Part shown: positions 39,552-52,250 of the stretch, piece by piece | Position numbering within the stretch: the stretch's first letter is position 1 | Layout of the letters: each line of letters begins with the position of its first letter | NCBI GenBank assembly: GCA_051294375.1 | Contig: CM119266.1 | Coordinates: 7,588,606 to 7,652,605, forward strand | Direction: 5' to 3' | Source of the DNA: Paraspadella gotoi | Lineage: Eukaryota > Animalia > Chaetognatha | Length of the DNA stretch: 64,000 nucleotides | Made by a program: the position numbers and the translations under genes | Notes under the pieces: generated by a model | What the model was told of the DNA's origin: nothing | Database searches by the model: none | Seen by the model: the letters and a program-made list of their open reading frames with translations, nothing else

Positions 39552-42102
39552 ATGCGCCATTTAAAAATGAAAGACTATATTTCTCTCTTCATAGAATCTG
39601 TTTTAGTTGTTGCAGACATGATAACGGATGTAAGAGCAATGTATACATTTTTAAAATCTGCAATTTGGTCTTTTAAAATGATTGGATGGCTTATGTTTGG
39701 AACAATAACTGTGCAAACTCTGATATCCTCGGCTTATGGACTAGTGATGATTTTTAGAAATCAGCAATTGTATTCAAAAATAATCAGAAATTCCTATTTT
39801 AAAACAATTGTTTTTATTTTCCATTTGATTGGTCTAAGTGTTGTGCCGTTAAACATTGATCTTTATCTGGCTGGGCAAACTTGTGAAATGAATAGAGAAA
39901 AAAAAGGCCAAATTTCTTTTAAAAAAGACGTAATTTTTATGATGAATATGATTCACGCAGTTTTTGAAGCGTTTCCGCAAATGGTGATACAATCTGGAGC
40001 TTTGATCTTATCTGTATCGAGTGGAACAACGGGTTGGTAGAGAAAAACTATATCTTTTTAAATTTTAAAATTGAAATTCTTTTTAGGGATAAAAATTTTA
40101 AAATAAACAACATTAATTCTAAAAGTTATTAAAGGTCCCTCCTCCGTAAATATTTGTAAACTTGTAAAATTTGTGAAAGCTGTTCTCTATTTTGCTTTAA
40201 AAATTGTTTTCTCTGCCAATTTGTTTAGAACAATGCTTCCTAAACTACAACACACCCTATCGATTTATCGGGAAATCAAAAATAGATCGAACCATCGGAA
40301 CTTTATTCCGAGTAGACGAAAAAGGAAAAATTGAGAAGTTGAACGATTGGTGCGCTTGTAAAAGCAAAACCGACAGAATTATTTACTTTTGTGAATGGGG
40401 TATTAGAAATTATTTCCTGTTCTTCTCTTTGACTCTTTCCACTATAAGTTTGGCTAATGCGGCATCTAAATTTAGAAAAGAAAAAATATTTCATAGACAA
40501 ATGTCCGTAAACGTGAACACATTACTAAGTGTACTTGGAACGGTCCAAGGGGTAGTTGGTTTAACGATTGGAATGTATGTAATATTCGTAAATGTAGTTG
40601 GTATGTCAAAATACTTTCTGATGTTTATACCATTTCTGCTATTGAGAATTTTTACCTATAAAGAATTATGGGATATCGTGAGGAATATTCAAGAAGTTGT
40701 CACTTTTTATTCCAAAAAACCATTAATGAATTCAATAATGAATGAAAATCAGTTTTTGGTAGCTCCTTGGTTTACCTTACTTCTGTTGTCGCTAATTTTG
40801 AATATTCAAAAACATGAAAAGATTAGTAAAAAACTTTATCAAGCTGGTATTAAAAGTTCAACTAACACTCAACTTTGGATGTTCAAACAAACGAGGAGGG
40901 AGATTGCTTTGCGTCCTGATGAATTTCGATGCATCAGGGCCAAATACTCTTGGGGAAATTATCAGTGGGACTCAGTGACAAAAGTAACTTGTGGTTTTAA
41001 TGTCACACTTAGTAATTTAGAACAGAAAAAATATCAAAATGAAAATATGTATGTTTTAGCTTACATTTTAAATTTGGGGAACTATCTACTACTTTCCCCA
41101 AAATATCAGATTTATTTATTGATTGTTTTCATTGATTTAACTTTGAGTAGCGTTTATTGTTTACTTATACTGATTAAGGTGCATGGATTAGTTAAGTCTA
41201 TTTCATATTTACAAACTGTTTTAGTACAACAACTTATCATTTTTACTAATTTAGTGTTTGATTATCTGAACCATAGACAGATAAGTTATCAGATAAGAAA
41301 TATCAAAAATAGCTATTATATTTATAAATACGCTTTCAAAATAAGTATGCATTTAGAATATAGAGTTGGTCTATCAGAATTTATTGTTTACCAACTAACT
41401 AAAATGATATCAAATTTACTACCAGCAATAGTTTTGGTTTGTGTTTTGAGAATTATTGAAAAATCAATTTCATTTTTAAAGTTCAACAAAATTCTAAAAA
41501 TTTCCTGCTTTTTGTATTGTATTGCTTCGGGGGTTTTTTCTACATTTATTATTACTGAGCTTTATTACAAATCCAAAATCCAATTTATAAAAGAAATATT
41601 AACTTTCTGTAACCAAACTTATAGTCAAAATCATCTTGATAAAATTAAACTAAAGTTAATAATATATAACACAATACATGATAGTATTTTATTTTATACT
41701 TGTTTATCTTTTCTCCCTATTTTTCACGCTATTTATCTTATTTTAAAGTTAGAAAAAAAATTTGAGATTCAATTAAAACAATTCTTTAGATTATCGGCAC
41801 TGTACACCCTACTATTTTTCTGTTTTTTTCTTGAAATTTCTGAATCGTCTAAAACTTTTAAATACAGGCAACTGCCGCGTGACTTACATTTTTTAAACTA
41901 CCAACCTGAAAGTGAGGCTGAAATAATGAGCAGCAGCCTGATTCTGTTAAATTACAATATTTCCAAATGTAAAATGGTCAAATCTAGCGAGCAGTTGTCA
42001 ATGATTTTATCCGAGTTTGTCACTAAATTTTCTGATTTGCACAACTCTCCCTCACTAAACGTTTTAACATTGTCGGTATTCCTAATCATTCTAGTGAGAT
42101 AA
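39552..42102 (+). CDS. XK-related (XKR/CED-8 family) multi-pass membrane protein, paralog 1; join(39552..40032,40229..42102), 784 aa
   Basis: ORFs 39552..40040 and 40204..42102 join through a GT..AG phase-1 intron (ACG G|gttggtag ... tttag|AA CAA TGC), giving SSGTT-EQCF, which matches the uninterrupted SGTDEQCF of the two paralogs. XK-family hallmarks: first-TM ADMITD, FHLIGL, FEAFPQMVIQ (ExxPQxxxQ) and the downstream SLTLSTISLA helix. Confidence 0.85.
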
Positions 42103-42444
42103 ACATTAATTCACCCCAAACCAAAATTTTGTATGTATGTAACGTAAATCGTCCTCAAATACATTTGCCATACGAGCCTTAGAAAAAAACTACTACTTGG
42201 CAACTCTAATTAATTTAATTTTTTTTGCAGGCTTGGCTTAGTACATGTTTTTTTTTATAATTCCTTAGCGAAGGTTGTTACTTCTGCTTCTGTATTAGTC
42301 AGTGATTGTATAAGTATCATAAAAGTTATTTAAGAAAAAGGGTCATTCAATTCAATTCAAAAATGTATTCACTTTAAACATTTGATGCATTCTACCCCAT
42401 TTTATATCGGTTTTAATTATAATATAAAATAAAAGAAACCTATC

Positions 42445-42717
42445 TGAAGAGTTGCAGGTCAAACGAAAAGGCCAATCCATCTGATATTTTTTAAGAATTT
42501 TTTATTACTGAATTAGAAAAATGTAATAGAGAGACATTTTTAAATTTCAACTTGTATCCTTGAAAATAAAATGTTTTTAAACTTTAACCTTGAATTCTTC
42601 CTAACTGGAACGCGTTTATCAAAATGTCTCTCTATTACATTTTTACAAATTTTTTTAAGATTGCTAATCAAATTTTTAATTCAATATTATGGCAGTCGTT
42701 TAGGCTGCAACTCTTCA
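42445..42717. mobile_element. MITE-like foldback element
   Basis: Outer imperfect 22-bp inverted repeat TGAAGAGTTGCAG(GTC/CCT)AAACGA at both ends. Inner perfect 24-bp inverted repeat AAAAATGTAATAGAGAGACATTTT (42517-42540 / 42621-42644). Confidence 0.55.
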
Positions 42718-43089
42718 AATTCAGTGTAGATTCATTGTAGCTCGAATTTCTTTACCATCTATTTAACTGAAGATTTTGTTCATGACTGGAAAACCAACAG
42801 AGTAACGAGATTAATTGTTTAATTCTTCCCTTCTAAACTAACCCATACCGTGTTTTAACCTCTTACCTAGAATTTTTTAACAAACAGATTAAAAACAAAT
42901 CTTTNNNNNNNNNNGTATAAGTATCATAAATGTTATTTAACCAAACTAAAAACTAATAGCAAACTTTTGTCGATAGTTTCTCTATGTAGTATCGTGATCT
43001 GCTTTATGAATGTATTCTTTACAAAATAAACGATATATTCTTACACCAGTTTTCTAGTATCATCATATTTTTAAAAGTCTAGTGAACAT

Positions 43090-43787
43090 CTAAGATCGAA
43101 GCTGAATTTTCTCTTGAATTGCAAAAATGTCGCACTCACACTTTCCGCAGGATCGTCGACAGTTCGGCACCATGAAAGCCGCATTCTTCACGCACTCGCC
43201 GATCGCCGCCCACGAGGCGCAGTTGTGGTTGGAGTCGGCGCAGTTGAGGCGAGGGTCGGAGGTGCGACGGGCTGTGGAAGAGGGTGGGGGGTATAGAAGG
43301 GTGTTGGAGGTGGAAGGAGTTGATTGAAGATTTTAAGGTGTGCCAAAAGACGTGAGATACCATGGAAGAAAACCTTAGGTTGAGAACGGTTGGTCAATTC
43401 GCCGGGTCCATGGTGTATATCATGTATCTCATAAGAACAGTCCGATGTTCATGTCGCTTGCGTCTTGCAAGTAAATTGACCTGACTGTTTAACCCGCTTG
43501 ATCCAAAGTTTATAAACTGTTTATTTATAAAAATTTATAAAGAGCTGTTACTCTTGTCTCTTTGGGAAGTTGTTGAGCAGAAGAAACTTAAAACAATATT
43601 TGGTAAACAATACACACATACATACATACATACATACATACATACCTATATCGTTCTCTTTTTCCTTCTCCTGTTTAATATTTCTTTCCATCTGGTCGAG
43701 CAAATCTTTGACGCTAAAAGTCGCCGCCGAACTCAAAATCAAAACAAAAACAAACAAAGAGAAACAAAACATTTTATTCGTTTTCAT
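43090..43787 (-). CDS. Secreted ShKT (ShK toxin-like) domain peptide precursor; simplest model complement(join(43090..43271,43646..43787)), 107 aa
   Basis: Exon 1 encodes MKTNKMFCFSLFVFVLILSSAATFSVKDLLDQMERNIKQEKEKENDI (signal peptide plus charged pro-region) and ends at G|gtatgt. A pyrimidine-rich acceptor cttccacag|CC gives ARRTSDPRLNCADSNHNCASWAAIGECVKNAAFMVPNCRRSCGKC, the canonical ShKT pattern CxD...CxxWAxxGECxxNxxFMxxxCxxSCxxC. Internal exon structure and C-terminus are uncertain. Confidence 0.82.
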
Positions 43788-44746
43788 TTTCGATCGAGAG
43801 AAAATGTTTTTCTTGTTTTATATCGAAATATGTTTGTGTTTTTTTTTTTGGAAGGCGTAAAGAAACGAACCGGGGATTTTAGGAAAATATAACCGGAACA
43901 GCGAGGTGTACAGGAAAACACGATTTCGAAAGAAAAATTGAGAGCATACAAGGAAACAATTTTTATTGTCTCACTTAGTATAGTATAGTATGAAATCGCT
44001 TCAACGCCATCGTTTTCAGCTGTCGTTAAACAGAAAAATCAACAAATTACTGTACAAATTAAATATTGCTAACATGTTAAATATCCGCATTAGAAGTTTT
44101 TAACTGTCCGTTCAATTTACGTTCACACCAGAGAGACTTTTGGCCAAGATTTGGCAAAGCTGGAGAAAGAAAATGAAAGATAACTAGATGTCATTTACGA
44201 TTACTAAAGAAATTCGTTTGTGGGTCAGAATTTGCTTGACATGATCACAGATCAGCGTGACATCAACGACAAAAATGAATTGGCAGTGATTTTGACAAAA
44301 CCGCCTCGTTGTCTCAATTGTTAAGAGAAACATCCCATTGTACCCCATTGTACCGCCTGAGCTGCGTCTAATCACGGACAGAATGCAAGTTGTAAAACGG
44401 GGCAGGGTCGGCTATGGTCAGCTGAGCGAGCCTTGTTTAAAGTCGTAATAATGTAATTATGTTTAGAAATCTGTAAACCTAAGTAAAGTAGTCTTAGATA
44501 AAGTTGTAGTTTAAGATAGTTTTCTTATATTTTTGGAGATTGGTAGTTAAATCAGTGCAAATTGGTGAGGGATTTAAAGAATACTGTTTAACGATTGGAT
44601 GATATAAAAGGCAAAGAAAGAGGAGGAGGAGGAGGAGGAGGAGGAGGAGGAAAAGGTGGAGGCTGTTGAGGCGTCGTCGCTGAAATTGAAAGGAACAATA
44701 GCGATTGATTAGAGTGAATCATGCGGAGAGAGAGAAAGAAAGAGAG

Positions 44747-44777
<31 letters not shown>

Positions 44778-46129
44778 GAGTTAGCTTAAATCTCATTAGC
44801 GACGATTCTCTCATCACAACTGAACCTCCTTCCTCTAATTCCTTCCCTTCTTCCCTTCTCTTTCTCTCCTTTCTCTTTCTTCTCTTTTGCTTTTAATCAT
44901 TTCCCCTTCTTCTTCCTCCCTCTGCACTTTTCTTCTCTTTCTCTTCATCCTCCTTTCTCTTCTCTCTCCCATTTCTTTTAATCTCCTTTTCACATCCACC
45001 TCTTCTCTCTTCTTTCCTTTCCTCCTTTCCTTCTTCCACTCCTCTCATTTATCCACTCATCCTCTTTAACATATCCTTTCCTTTTTTCTCTGAGTCCAGC
45101 CTCCCTTTTCCTCCTCTTCTCACCCTTCTTCCTCTTGCCCTCGGCAACTACCTTCCCCTTCTACCCCTTCTCGCCGTCGGTCCCTCTTTTTTGTTCTCTC
45201 CCTCTTTATCTCTTCCCTCTTCAGGTCTCTCTCTCTCTCTCTCCTAACTCTCTGCTCTCCTCTCTCTCCCTCCCTCTTCTCTTCTGCTCTCTTCTTTCTG
45301 TTCTCTCTCGTTCTCTTCTCCCTCTTCCTTTTCCCCCCTGGCACGATCCAAGGTAGGCACTCTCCCCCCGGGCCGGCGATGATTTGATGCCCCGTTTGTC
45401 TGATTGTTGGCAAGAGGCTCTTCAAATTCGATCCTCGTTCCAATCCTCCTCCTCCTCCTCCTCCTCCTCTCATTTTCCTTATTCCTTTCCTTCTCTTTCC
45501 ATTTTCTTTAATACTTACTTATTATCTTTTTATTTTTAAAATAGTTTCCATATTGTTAATAATCCAACGTAACATCTTCATTTAATCTTGTTGATAACCA
45601 ATTGAACAATTTAAAAGTAAAGTAGAAGTATTAAGAACATGGTACTTAAGTAAGAATCCAAATCGAATAAATTTCATAAAAACATATGAACGCTTTCTCG
45701 AAAAACAACCGCATTTAAGTGACGCTTACAATGACAAAACAACATCATTGTCATAATATCAGTTATCATAACATCATTCACATCGAGATGTGCTCACACA
45801 GAGATTCCACACCAAAGATAAAACCGGACAAGTGACCCGAACGCCAAAAACGAAATCTCTCACAGAAATAAAACGGATCCGTGGCCCAAAACACGAGCCC
45901 AAAACAGGAACCCAAACACGAGCCCAATCCCCAACATCTCCTAATCAGCAGTCAATGCCTTCTCGCCCTTTCAACAATCGAAGCCTTGATGTCTTGCAGA
46001 TCCAATCAGCCGCTTTCCCGCCATAAAAACAGAAGAGGAGATGGGGGGAGTAGAGAGGGGGAGAAAGATAGGAAGGAAGGAAAAACAAAGAGAGGAAGAA
46101 AGGAGAAAGAAGAAAAAAGGGTAGGAGGA

Positions 46130-46161
<32 letters not shown>

Positions 46162-46260
46162 AGAAAGAAAGATAGGAAGAAAGAAAGAAAGAAAGAAAAG
46201 AAAGATAGAGACAACTGAAAGACAGAGGAAGGAGAGGAGAGAGAGGAGAGAGAGAGAGAG

Positions 46261-46305
<45 letters not shown>

Positions 46306-47794
46306 TTCGAACGAAAAGGTCGCAAAAAGGATAGATGCTTTTAAGTTCGAGAATGGAGGATTCCAGTCAGACTGGAGAGAAGAAGGGGCGAGAGGCGGAG
46401 AAGGCGGGCAGAGGCGGGGGGAGAGTGAGAGTGAATCGGCCTGAAGAGAGTGAATGTTTGAGTTCGTGAGGAAAGAGAAAGAGAGAAGTTTATGAAATGT
46501 GAAATTGAGACGGACAAAGCGTGGAATCAAATGGGAAAACGTGAACGGTTGAGCGGCGAAAAAAGAGTCACGGTGAAAAAGAGTCTGTGAAGAGTCGAAC
46601 GCGTGGGTGAAAGGTGAAGTCTGATTCCGTTCACGTGAGAACGAATTGAAGAGAAGAAGAAACCAGGAGATTTTTAAGAAGAAGAAGAAGAAGAAGATTT
46701 CGATTTTCAAAGATTGAAACATTTTCGCGATGTTGAAGTGAAAATTGAATTCCTCCATAAGTTAAAGATTAAATTTGACGAAGAAGAAAATTTGTTGGTG
46801 ATAAATACGCGTCGCTTGACAGAAGAAAGTCATAAACAGTTGAACGTAATGTTGCCGATTAGATTTCATAAATACTTCAATCAATAAATAGGTGTAAATA
46901 CTAAATAAGATTGTTTGTTTGTAAAACAGTGTAAAAATTATCCGTTCATGTAATAAATAAGAAATATTTGATGAAATCGGATTGTCCTTTAGTTAAAATT
47001 TTTAAATCAATAGTTGTTGTTTTCTAATATAGTTTCTAAAATTTGGTAAGGTTCAATGAGATTTCTAGTCGAACACAAAACTTTGTCAAAATATCGCCAT
47101 CAAAAACTAATGGCGCATCAAAAACTTTTTTTTTACAAAATTCCAATGATTAAGTCCCTCAATCAGATGAACCGAGGACTTTTGTGAATCGAAAGATTGA
47201 AACGTGAAACTCGGGACTTCCTCGGTGATGACGCTTCGCTGTGAAACTCTCACACGCCCTCATTACACAACCCCCTCCACTCTGCTCTCTTGCCACTCCT
47301 TGCCACTCTCTCCCCCCCTCTCCGCTGCGCAGAGTTAAAATTAAAAGGCTAAAAGGTGAAAGGATTAAATGGGGCGGATGATCCGACCGCAGAATTTGGA
47401 GTTTCGGAGGAGTTGAAGGAGGAGCGGGGAGGAGCGAGGAAGAGGAGCAGGAGGAGGAGGAGGAGGGGGAGAGAAATTAGGAAGTTAAAATGAGAAACAC
47501 ACGAGGAATCGAAACCTGTGATGGTAGGAAGGTAAAAGAGGGAAATAAGGGGAGGATGAGAGGAATTTAAATAAAGTAGAAAGAGATATCTAAACAATAC
47601 TAAAAGCCAAAGGATTCGAGCTACAAACTGATGGTATTAAGTAAAAAGCTTAAATTTGAGAATAAAAGTGTCACGCTTGACAGAATTATTTAAATTAAGA
47701 ATAAATTGTGTGAAGGTAGGAAGAAATAAGTTAAAATTGAGTGGAGCATTTAAAACGTAATTTTATCTTTTAATAAGAAACAATTGGTTGAAAG

Positions 47795-47841
<47 letters not shown>

Positions 47842-49434
47842 GATGAGAGAGAGAGAAGAGAGAGAGAGGAGAGAGAGAAGAGAGAGGAAATAAGAGAGAG
47901 ATAGGAAGAGGTGTGTGGAAGAAAGGTAGGAAACGGAGGTGACGCCGTCGTGAAAAAGTGTTTATGGGATTAGATTCGGGAGAAAGAAGGAAAAAAGAAA
48001 AATAAAGAGAAAAAAGAAAATTAAAAAAGAAAGAAAGAAAGAAAAAGTCGGTGTTATCGGGAGAACGAGAGCAATAAGATAAAAGGGAAAGAAATAAGGA
48101 ATAAGGGAAACGAATCGAAAGAAAGAAATATAAGGAAAGAAAGCAAAGTAATTAAACTATTCATTTGAACTGAATTTGAGCGCAAAACAGTAACAAAGAC
48201 CAGAACAACAAAGTCAACTGCTGAAATAATTACATTAACAAGAAAAACATTAACTACAACAAAAACAACGACAGCAAATACCTCAAAACGACAACAACAA
48301 CAACATCTAACCGTCTTTCTCAGCTGATCTCTTGACGAGTCGAAGGTAGAAAACGTGAAGAAGGTTAAAGACCGAATCTTTTCTGGCAAGAGTCTCGAAT
48401 GGCGAAGGAGCGAGTGGCAATTTTTATGGCGGAGGATGGAATGGCACATAAGGACGAGGGAAGGAAATAGCACTTTGTGTTTTTGCAGAGGAGAAAGGAG
48501 AATTGCATGACATTTCATTCTTTTCATCCTTCTTTCCTTTCTTTTTCTTTTCTTTTTTCCTTCCTCCCTTCCTTCAATCTTGTTTCATTTCTCATCTTAG
48601 TTTCCTTCGTTTTCTCTTTCATTTCCTTCACAGTTGATTAAGATTTCCTTAAGCTCTCTCTCTCTCTCNNNNNNNNNNNNNNNNNNNNNNNNNNNNNNNN
48701 NNNNNNNNNNNNNNNNNNNNNNNNNNNNNNNNNNNNNNNNNNNNNNNNNNNNNNNNNNNNNNNNNNNNNNNNNNNNNNNNNNNNNNNNNNNNNNNNNNNN
48801 NNNNNNNNNNNNNNNNNNNNNNNNNNNNNNNNNNNNNNNNNNNNNNNNNNNNNNNNNNNNNNNNNNNNNNNNNNNNNNNNNNNNNNNNNNNNNNNNNNNN
48901 NNTCTTCTCTCTTCCCAACGTCCACCGCTTGTCGGTCAGTTGTTGGTGATTCGTCGCCCGATCGTCGGTCTTTTGTCAAACTCGATCTGACAAAGTTCAC
49001 GCGTCGGCCACAAGAGAATCGCGTGATCAAAACGCCTTCATCAACGGCATCGATGTGAACGGACGACCACGTGAGCACGACGCTTCTATCACGCTACGAC
49101 CACCAGAACCACATCGTTGCTGTAACGATACGAATACCTAAAACCAACGTTTGTTTCAAGCCAACGCTTCTCTTACATCACGTGACCAAATATTCTTCTT
49201 CCTCTTCACGATCACGTGACTGCCACGCTTTGCCTGACGAAAATCTTTCTTTTTTTTATTGTTGGTCACTGAAGTAACAAGCGAACGACCAAACCGTTTC
49301 TCCCCACTCCACCCCACACACGGTTTTTTTTCCACACACACAGATTTTTTTGTTCGAAGGCGAAACTGGTCGATCGCCGCTCGTGATGGATGGAGGAGCC
49401 GAAAAGGGTGAGACGGAAGCAGTTGACGACGCCT

Positions 49435-49468
<34 letters not shown>

Positions 49469-49799
49469 NNNNNNNNNNNNNNNNNNNNNNNNNNNNNNNN
49501 NNNNNNNNNNNNNNNNNNNNNNNNNNNNNNNNNNNNNNNNNNNNNNNNNNNNNNNNNNNNNNNNNNNNNNNNNNNNNNNNNNNNNNNNNNNNNNNNNNNN
49601 NNNNNNNNNNNNNNNNNNNNNNNNNNNNNNNNNNNNNNNNNNNNNNNNNNNNNNNNNNNNNNNNNNNNNNNNNNNNNNNNNCTCTCTCTCTCTCTCTCTT
49701 TGTCTCTCCATCTAATTTACCTTCATTGGATCCCTCCCCTTCCTTTCTCTCGTTTTCTCCAGATTCTGGTCACAGGCGAACCTGCAAACGTTTTTATGG

Positions 49800-49843
<44 letters not shown>

Positions 49844-50907
49844 TTCAATTTTCTTATTTGTTGTTTTCGCCAAAAGAGGGAGTGAAACAGAAAGAAATAA
49901 AAAAGAAAGAAAGAAAGAAAGATAGAAAGAAAAAGCTAATAAACTAGGTTGAAGGAAAGGAGTGTATTTTTGTGAGCCTCGTCCTTACAAAAGAAGATCA
50001 CCTCCAAATATGGGGTCTTCTCTCTCTCTCTCTCGATAAATGCGTCTCATAAATTTGGTAAGGAGATCCTTTTGACTTCTCCTCCTTTCCGTTCACCCTT
50101 TTACTTGAACTCACCTTTTTTTTCACCACACCCACCTTGTCTCATTTCTTGTCAGCCCTCACCTCCTTAGAACATCGCCACTCTTTTGTCTCCACACGGC
50201 ATCATTTACCACCGTCATTATCTGACTCTACATTTCACCATCCTAACAGATTAAACAATTAATTAAACAATTAAATAATTAATTAAATAATTAAACAATT
50301 AATCAATAAACTCCGGTAAACTTAGAAACCTTTTTCTCTTCAGTCTTATTTTTCTCCTTTATGTTTCTTGATTTATTAATTTAATCAATTAATCATTCGA
50401 TTTATTAATTTAATCAATTAATCATTCGATTCTTATATTTTGAAAGTTTTTCTGATTACATGTCGGTCTTTAATTCTCAATTATAAGTATTAATCAATAA
50501 TATTCGGGTATTCTTTTACGTAAACATTTATTCATTCGATTTTAGTTATTGTGCATTTATTTTATCAATTAAATAGTTTGTTTTTAGCCATGATAATTTA
50601 GCGGATCCTTTATACATTATCTCTAACTGATTCTTTCCTTCACTGCTTTAACTTATCTTTTATTCTGTTCACTCCTTTCATATCACTCCTCTCATTCCTT
50701 ATTCATTCATTCCACCTCTTCTCTCATTTAACGACCAAAGTTTTTTTTCTCCTTCAGAGTCAAGACCCGCCCAATTTTTTCACACGTTGGAATGGACGAA
50801 CGTAAAACTCTGCCAATTTTATTGGTTTTTGTGAAGAGAAAAGTTGGTGAAAACGTGAAAATCCTCTAAATCGGAGAGAGCAAGAACGCACGAGAGAGAG
50901 AGAGAAG

Positions 50908-50983
<76 letters not shown>

Positions 50984-52079
50984 GACGGGGCAATAGAAGG
51001 GGACGTCGGTGGGGAAAACAAATGCTGAAGCGAAGGTGGGGCGGATATGAAAAAAATGAAGGGTGTTTATCTTTTTAAAATTTTGAAGGTTGAAAAGTCG
51101 TAAACCTAGAATTTAAATTCATAGCAGAAGCTTTAAAGGTTTCGTGTGTGAAAACTCGATTGAAAATCTTTACGAAGCCAGAAAAATTAATGAAAATCGA
51201 CAGTGAAGTGAAGTTAGTGCGTCACAGATTAAACGCGATTTTCACAAGCGAGAACCGCAAGGTAACGGATCACAAGAGCAAAAGGGGTCGCGGGTCACTC
51301 GAGGTCAAAATGGCGAAAGGGCAAAAGTGAGTAAAGTTGAGAGGGCGGGAATTTGAAACCTGAATCTGGGGAGAAATCGTCGCTTCAAGTGTAGAAGTGG
51401 GAAGAGGAGGGGGGAAGAGAAAGAAGAGGGGGAAGAAGAAGATGAGGGGGAAGAGGAGGAAGAGAAGGAGAAGGGGGAAAGAAAGAAAAGAAAGAGGAGG
51501 GGAAGAGGGGGAAGAGAAAGAAGATAAGGAAGAGGAAGAGGAGAGGAAGAAAAAGAAGGGAGGAAGAGCAGGGGGAAGAGAAAGAAGAGGATAAGAGGAA
51601 GAGGAGGGGGAAGAGAAAGAAGAGAAGGAAGATGAGGGGAAGTAGAAAAAAGAGGAGGAGGGGGAAGAGAAAGAAAAGGAGGAAGCGGAAGAGGAGGGGA
51701 AGAGAAAGTAAAAGCGTAAGAGAAAGAGGGGAAAGATGAAGCAGAGGAGGAAGAGAAAGAGGAGGGTCGGAGGAGGAAGAGGAAAAAAAGAGAAATAAGA
51801 GGGAAATTGTGTGTGAACCCAAAATAAAATAGTATAATAATATAAAAAGTGAACAAAAATCAAGGAAAAGAAACAACATATTAATAATCTGGAAGAATCG
51901 GGCAAAAACAAAGAAAAAAACAAAAGGGCATTATTGAATAAACAATTTTCAAAAAAGCGTATTTCGTAAATGTCAACAAACAACTGAAGCAAATCGAGAC
52001 CAACCGTCGTTTTCAGGCGGCGTTAATCCAAGCCTACAAACTTCTACCCCAAGCGACGCCATTATTCCCGTCCTAACTC

Positions 52080-52250
52080 AGACAAACCCCAACCCACGCC
52101 AACAAACGCCAACCAAATACCAATCCACACTAACCCATGTAAACAAAACACCAACCCACGCCAACCAAACACCAATCCACGCCAACCAAACCCCAACCCA
52201 CATCAACCCTTGCCAACAAACGCCAACAAAATCCCAACCTACGCCAATGA
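52080..52250 (+). repeat. Degenerate ~10-bp minisatellite (CCAACCCACG / CCAACCAAAC)
   Basis: Visible tandem units ccaacccacg, ccaacaaacg, ccaaccaaat, ccaatccacg. Confidence 0.75.

Noticed and set aside
44120-44450. Coding-like composition (LLDMITDQRDINDKNELAVIL; PELRLITDRMQVVKRGRVGYG)
   Set aside because: Short fragments in different frames with stops and no family I can recognise; BLASTx would be needed.
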